Origin: Spirogloea muscicola | Lineage: Eukaryota | Reading direction: 5' to 3' | Assembly: GCA_009602725.1 (NCBI GenBank) | Contig: WELB01000011.1 | Span: 583,638 to 609,105, forward strand | Length of the DNA stretch: 25,468 nucleotides | In this document: piece after piece, positions 20,701-25,468 of the stretch | Layout of the letters: every line of letters starts with the position of its first letter | Position numbering within the stretch: the stretch's first letter is position 1 | Made by a program: the position numbers and the translations under genes | The notes under the pieces: model-generated | Databases searched by the model: none | Seen by the model: the letters and a program-made list of their open reading frames with translations, nothing else | Told to the model about the DNA's origin: nothing

Positions 20701-22069
20701 TCTGCAGCTCGACATGGCGCTGCAGCTCTTTGAGGACATGCAGCAGGAGGGCTACACAGCCGATGTTGTGACTTACAACACGCTGATCAACGGCTGCGCT
20801 GTGTCCCGGAAGCTTGCACTCGCCTTCGACCTCGCAGATAGGATGCGGCAGCAAGGCCTGCAGCACGACCTCATCACGTACAATGCACTGATCAAGGTAC
20901 TTGCCCATTCCTCCTCAGCACGACACTGACTGTGTGCGTTGCAACTTGTCCAAGTCCTTAGGTTATGGAGGCTGTTGGAATGGTTCTCAGTTATGAAAGC
21001 CTAGGTCCTCAGAGGCACATTAAGTCCATTCTTGGCTTTGTTCTGAGTGCAGCGTCATGTTCTCCTCAACTAACACCTATCACGAAGTTGATATTACAGC
21101 AACAGATCTGACTGCACTGACCCTCCTTCGGCTCCATGGTAATTGCACCGCATAAATGTGACCGCTGAGGCAGGTGACATGCCACAGCAGTGAGCTCGAT
21201 GTCGCCTTGGAGATGCTCGACACGATGGAGTCGAGCGGCGTTCCGCCGGACGCCGCCACCTTCCAGACTCTTCTGAGCTCGGCCATGTATCATGTGAGCA
21301 ACATCACGCGCTTAGCTCGCCACCTCCTCAGAAGATTGGTGCCTACGAAGCCAGTCCTAGCTGCTGCACAAGCAAAGACCTGTCGCTTTTGCTTAACTTT
21401 GCCTCCTTTGAGTAGGCGTCTTCCTGCTCTGTGATGCTGAATAAGCAGATGTAACTTGATAAGCAGATGTAGCTTGCATGAATGGGCTCAGCCTGCCCGT
21501 GATGTTTACATGTGCGGTCTGGTCGCGGTGGGATACAGAAACGGCTGGACATTACCGAGCTCGTGCTGGAGCGCATGAGGCGGACTGGGCTCCCTATGAC
21601 CAGCCAGGCTTGCGCTGCGGTCACGATGGCATATGTGCAAGCCAATCGGCTGCACGATGCTGTTGTGAGCCTGCAGGCTCTTGGCGCCTGGAGCACCGTA
21701 GCGACAGCAGCAATGGACTTGGGTGCCTCGACTTCAAATTTGGACAAGGATGCGCAATTGGTGGCAGACGGCTGCCAGGACAACGCCCTTGAAAGCCTTC
21801 AAGAAGCGGGCGGGAGCAGCACTGGCGGCGGCGTTGAAGCAGCGCCCTCAGTGACGCCAGAGGAGGCAGCATATGTCAACCACGTGGAGCCTCTGGCCTC
21901 TGAGCTCGTGATGCTGTCAGGCGAAACAGTGTCTCCAGAGGACGAAGCCGCTTGGGCTGCGCACCTGCGGTTGCAGTATGACCGCTGGGTGGCCTTTCGA
22001 GAAGTCATGCTGAGGCGAGTCGACCAGTCACAAAGGGACGCGAACATTTGCGAGGCACCTGTGCCCTGA
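17750..22069 (+). CDS. P-class pentatricopeptide repeat protein, resembling the Arabidopsis At1g76280 group; N-terminus uncertain
   Basis: Exons 17750-17785, 17921-18028, 18264-(18452 or 18536), 18709-19218, 19347-19442, 19549-19707, 19882-20115, 20283-20429, 20708-20896, 21174-21293, 21539-22069. PPR motifs include AYNSVINNAGRMRNSEMAQALFAEMQVAGLPAT, VTYNTLINGCAVSRKLALAFDLADRMRQQGLQHD and ITYNALIKVTCHSSELDVALEMLDTMESSGVPPD. RVLAIEKDMEASGVTH...LGKEGMV recalls At1g76280 (from memory, not searched). Confidence 0.88.
18191..18237 (-). pseudogene. 3' two-thirds of a bacterial/organellar-type tRNA-Trp(CCA) (remnant) in PPR intron 2
   Basis: The minus strand reads ctggt-CT-CCA-AA-accaa-aggtc-aaggg-CTCAAAT-ccctt-tggtccc-a: anticodon arm, variable loop, T arm with TTC changed to CTC, and acceptor 3' strand. 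No matching 5' acceptor strand or intact D arm. Confidence 0.65.
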
Positions 22070-22184
22070 CATGATGCAGATGCTACAACGAGCGTCTAAG
22101 CCGTAGAATAGAGATACGATGGAGGTTTGCTTGCGTAACAAGAAGCCGGGAACAGAAAGCATAAAGTGTAGGCCCAATGTCAAA

Positions 22185-22226
22185 AGGGTTAGGGGTCTGG
22201 GGTTTAGAGTTAAAGGTTTTGGGTTA
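22185..22226 (+). repeat. Degenerate telomere-like (TTTAGGG-type) tract between the convergent PPR and PnsB1 3' ends
   Basis: agggttaggggtctggggtttagagttaaaggttttgggtta. Confidence 0.55.
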
Positions 22227-22676
22227 TGCTGCTGTCATGGCCCTGGGCACGAGTAAGAGATGCACAAGGTCGGTACCCAAAGCGGCTCACAGTTGCACAC
22301 AGCTGCCTGCCATTGCTCTCCTGGAGCCAAGGCCTGCTTCAGTACATGAAGCAGACTCTGAATTCATTTGCAGTTCAAAATATCACAACACTGCTGCAGG
22401 GCTGCCGGGTCATGGCATTGGTGTCGTCCGCAGGACCAAGAGTTGCCCGGCAAGCTCGTTGCGGCGGAGAAATGGCAATAGCGGTGGTGGCAGGGCTGTG
22501 ATGGGGCCGGTACAACACCAACATATGCCCAGATCTGACAAGCGTTTAGTTTAGCTGGACAGCGCAACTTAGCTCGCGCTGCTTTGCTTCAAATCATTGC
22601 CTAGATGCTTGGCAGATCAAGGCTGAGGGCTGAAAGTCAAATGATAAGGAATGGTTCGGTGTACTAGGAGAGCCCG

Positions 22677-25468
22677 TCAGACATAAACTGGCGATTCGGC
22701 CTGCACATCATCCTCCTTGTGCTCAGAGGGTGGCGGCGGTGGCGGCGGCGTTGGCGGGGCGGAGGAGGGGAAGGCCTCCGCCAGCGCTGCAGCGGCGGCC
22801 TGAACGTCCAGGCCAGCCAGGCCGCCGGCAGACGATGCCACGATTGCCATGCCCTTCGCCTTTGCGTGCGGCGCAAAGACTGCTGCCTTCTCCGCGGAGC
22901 TGAAGAACGCGACACTGCAAGAACACATTTGCACCGCGCACCTTGCGCTCAGCAAAATGCTTGGCTCCTGCCAATGGATGCTATCACTCGCCTACTTGAG
23001 GAGCAAGGGGCACGTTCATCAAGTCCAGGCCGCGTAATTCTGGCAGGGGGCAGACAACGTGCATACCCCGGCTTGTTGAGGGCCATGGCCAGCTGCACAG
23101 CTGCCGTGTTCGTAGTTGCCACTCCGATGGAGTCATCAATCGCTGCTGCGAGCTGAAAAATGTCATGCAACCGCACCCGCAAGCGCAAGTAAGTCAGTCG
23201 CACACATCAGCGGAGGGTTTATGTACAAGCATGCTGCAGCCATGAACCACTCGATGCAGGAGAAAGGTTTCAGTCTATGTTGCTGCTGCACGTCCAAGCA
23301 GGCTCAATTGCGATGGCCCAACAAAGGTCCTCACCTGCCCAGGCGTGGTGATCTTTACCGGGTGAACCCCCTGCCCCAACGCATCGAGGACCTTGGGCGT
23401 CTCCTTGTCATTGGGAACCACCACAAGGACCTTTGCGCTGCAGCACGGTGCCGGCACATGCAGCAAAGGCTACGTCACTGAACCTCATATAACGCACGCC
23501 CAGGGAAGACATCTACAGCAGCTAAGACGACTTTCAATATCTTCTTGGTGTCCGGCTTGGCCTTGCTTTTCCCATGTTCATGGAGTGTGCAAAAGCTTAT
23601 TCGACCTACTAGAAATCCCTAGAAGCTGCACCCCACACAGAGCCTCACGGAGCTTCACCTTGGGACCCTTGCAAGCTCTGCCCAGACGCTCAGCGGCAGC
23701 AGGCTGTCGGGGTCTCCGGCGGACTGCATGGATGCGGCCGATGTCGACTGGATGCCATGGAAGAGCACGTACGGCACGCCAGGCTCCAGGCCAGCAGCCT
23801 CCCGCTTCTCGAGCGCCACCTGCCGTACCTTCCGGGAGATGCCGACCTGCAGCGGCGGCACGTCCAGCTGCGGCACGTCTCGCTGTGGCTTGCACAAGAA
23901 CTCCTCCAGGTCTGCGTACCTGCCCACCAACCAGCACACAGGGACGTCCTCGCCCTCTCAATGTTAACGTGGGCCTCGTACAAACCAGCGACGGGCCCCG
24001 TAGAGAGCTCAAGAGACGGATCGTGGTAACATTGCCGAGCAGGACAGCCTGGTCATCTCCGCTGATAGATGAGACTCGTCAGCCGCCTTTCTCGCCGCGC
24101 AGGGGCATGAGCGGTAGATGGCTTCTGAGGGCCATGAACCACCAGCAAGAGTTGTGAGAAGCAGCGGCGCCGGTGAGACACTGACATGTGGTAGCCGCCC
24201 TCGGCGAGGTTCACGTGTGGCGCGCGGATGGCCGCCGACAGGAAGGCTCCGGCGCCGGCGCCGTTGACGTTGGGGATGACATAGCTCACGCGCTGCCGCG
24301 CATCCGTCATCCACAGGAACACTGCGTGACCCATCCCTGCCTGCTTCGTCGACAGCACCAGATCGTAGCACTCATTCTGCACGCAGCCAGCAAGCCGCCA
24401 ATGCAGGCGGCACGAGCCTCAGGGGCTGTGTTGCAGCTCCGAAGTGGCTTAGCTGGCATTCTCTCTTGCCGTGTTGCGCAGGGCTCAAGCTTACACTCTG
24501 TGACAGAAGTGTGTCCAGCTAGGGAAGCACAGCAGCTCATGCAGGAAGCAATGGAAGAGCAGTCAGCCGACTGGCAGTAACCCAAGTTGTAGGTGAGGCA
24601 GGTGGCTCGCTGCTGAGACCTGTACCTTGATCAAAATGACAGCAGCGATTGCAAACCTACGGTGGATGCCGCAGGCGCCGTCAAGGTCAGCAGTGAGTGA
24701 ATGCACACAGACCTTGAGCTTGCCGAGGAACTCCGTGTAGTCGACGGGCACGACAAAGGGGTCCTCGAGCTCGTACGTCCAGGCCCGGCGGACGTTCTTG
24801 TTGAGCTCGTGCGTCTGCTTGGAGCGGGCGTTGGCCACGACGTCGATGCGCACGCCGGGGTACTTGTTCTTGAGGAGCTGGACGATGGGGAAGAAGAGGA
24901 GGTTCTCGTACACCCCGCCGGCGACCAGGCAGACGCAGCGCCGCACGTCGCCGCGGATGTAGAGGCCTGGCCCGACCAAACCCATGTCAGAAGTACTGGT
25001 TGGCTCTGTGGTTTCCAAAACCAGGTGGCAGAGAACGTGGTGGGCACTGACCGAAGGTCTGCGGATCCACAGACCCCGCCGTCTCCTGACGTGTGAGACA
25101 GACGCGCAGCCGGCAGAGCCGGCAGTGCGAGCAAGGCAGAGAACAACCAAAAGCACAGCCGTGTGCGGCTCGAGAGTCGAACCCGCGCCTCTGGTGATGC
25201 GGGGGGGCGCACCTAGCGACGCGATCTCGGGCTGGTACATCTTGGGGAAGAGGAGGGAGCCGAAGGCGCTGTCGGGGTCGTTGGGCGGCCGCGGCTCCTG
25301 CGCGCCCTGCTGCCCGTCGGCCAGCAGGTCGCCGTACGCCAGGTCCTCGTCCTCGCCGTAGTCGAACGGGTCGTCGAACATGCGCCGCCGCGCCGCCGCC
25401 GCCACGCCGCGGCAGCAGCCTCGCCGGTGCTGCGGCTCCGGCCCCGCCAGCTGCGATCGGCCGCGCGC
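22677..25468 (-). CDS. PnsB1: Photosynthetic NDH subunit of subcomplex B 1 (PnsB1/NDF1/NDH48), chloroplast; start codon lies beyond the window
   Basis: Exons >25468-25213, 24966-24713, 24376-24186, 23919-23659, 23437-23335, 23152-23067, 22914-22677. Translation includes DPFDYGEDED...FPKMYQPEIASLGLYIRGDVRRCVCLVAGGVYENLLFFPIVQLLKNKYPGVRIDVV...ELNKNVRRAW...YVIPNVNGAGAG...FHGIQSTSAASMQSAGDPDSLLP...ITTPGQLAAAIDDSIGVATTNTAAVQLA. Confidence 0.93.

Noticed and set aside
21440..21478. Short intronic tandem duplications (also about 20177-20220 and 9550-9590)
   Set aside because: Ordinary slippage-type duplications with no further structure.
23393..24157. 254-aa plus-strand ORF
   Set aside because: Antisense to PnsB1 exons in GC-rich sequence, with no protein-like features.

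Overview
Eukaryotic, GC-rich, intron-dense nuclear DNA from a green plant-lineage organism, most likely a streptophyte alga (inferred from PnsB1, a pectin methylesterase, an At1g76280-type PPR and GCC-repeat gene starts). Six spliced protein genes were reconstructed by hand: the 3' part of PRL1 (+), a complete 2OG-Fe(II) dioxygenase (-), a pectin methylesterase with a long Pro/Ser/Ala-rich C-terminal tail (-), the 5' part of SEC23 (-, runs into a 630-N gap), a P-class PPR gene (+), and PnsB1/NDF1 (-, start beyond the window). The most striking accessory feature is three dense islands (about 5.35-7.6 kb, 12.7-13.3 kb and 14.1-16.0 kb). They are built almost entirely from 5'-truncated 3' ends of several related restriction-like-endonuclease (CRE-like) non-LTR retrotransposons. 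The copies are stacked head-to-tail, and in three cases are nested in one another with target-site duplications, which suggests a self/kin-targeting retroelement family. Also seen: a GC-AG intron, a very tight SEC23/PPR head-to-head junction, an organellar-type tRNA-Trp remnant, a tiny MITE-like hairpin and interstitial telomere-like tracts. All exon models are manual and untested against transcripts.
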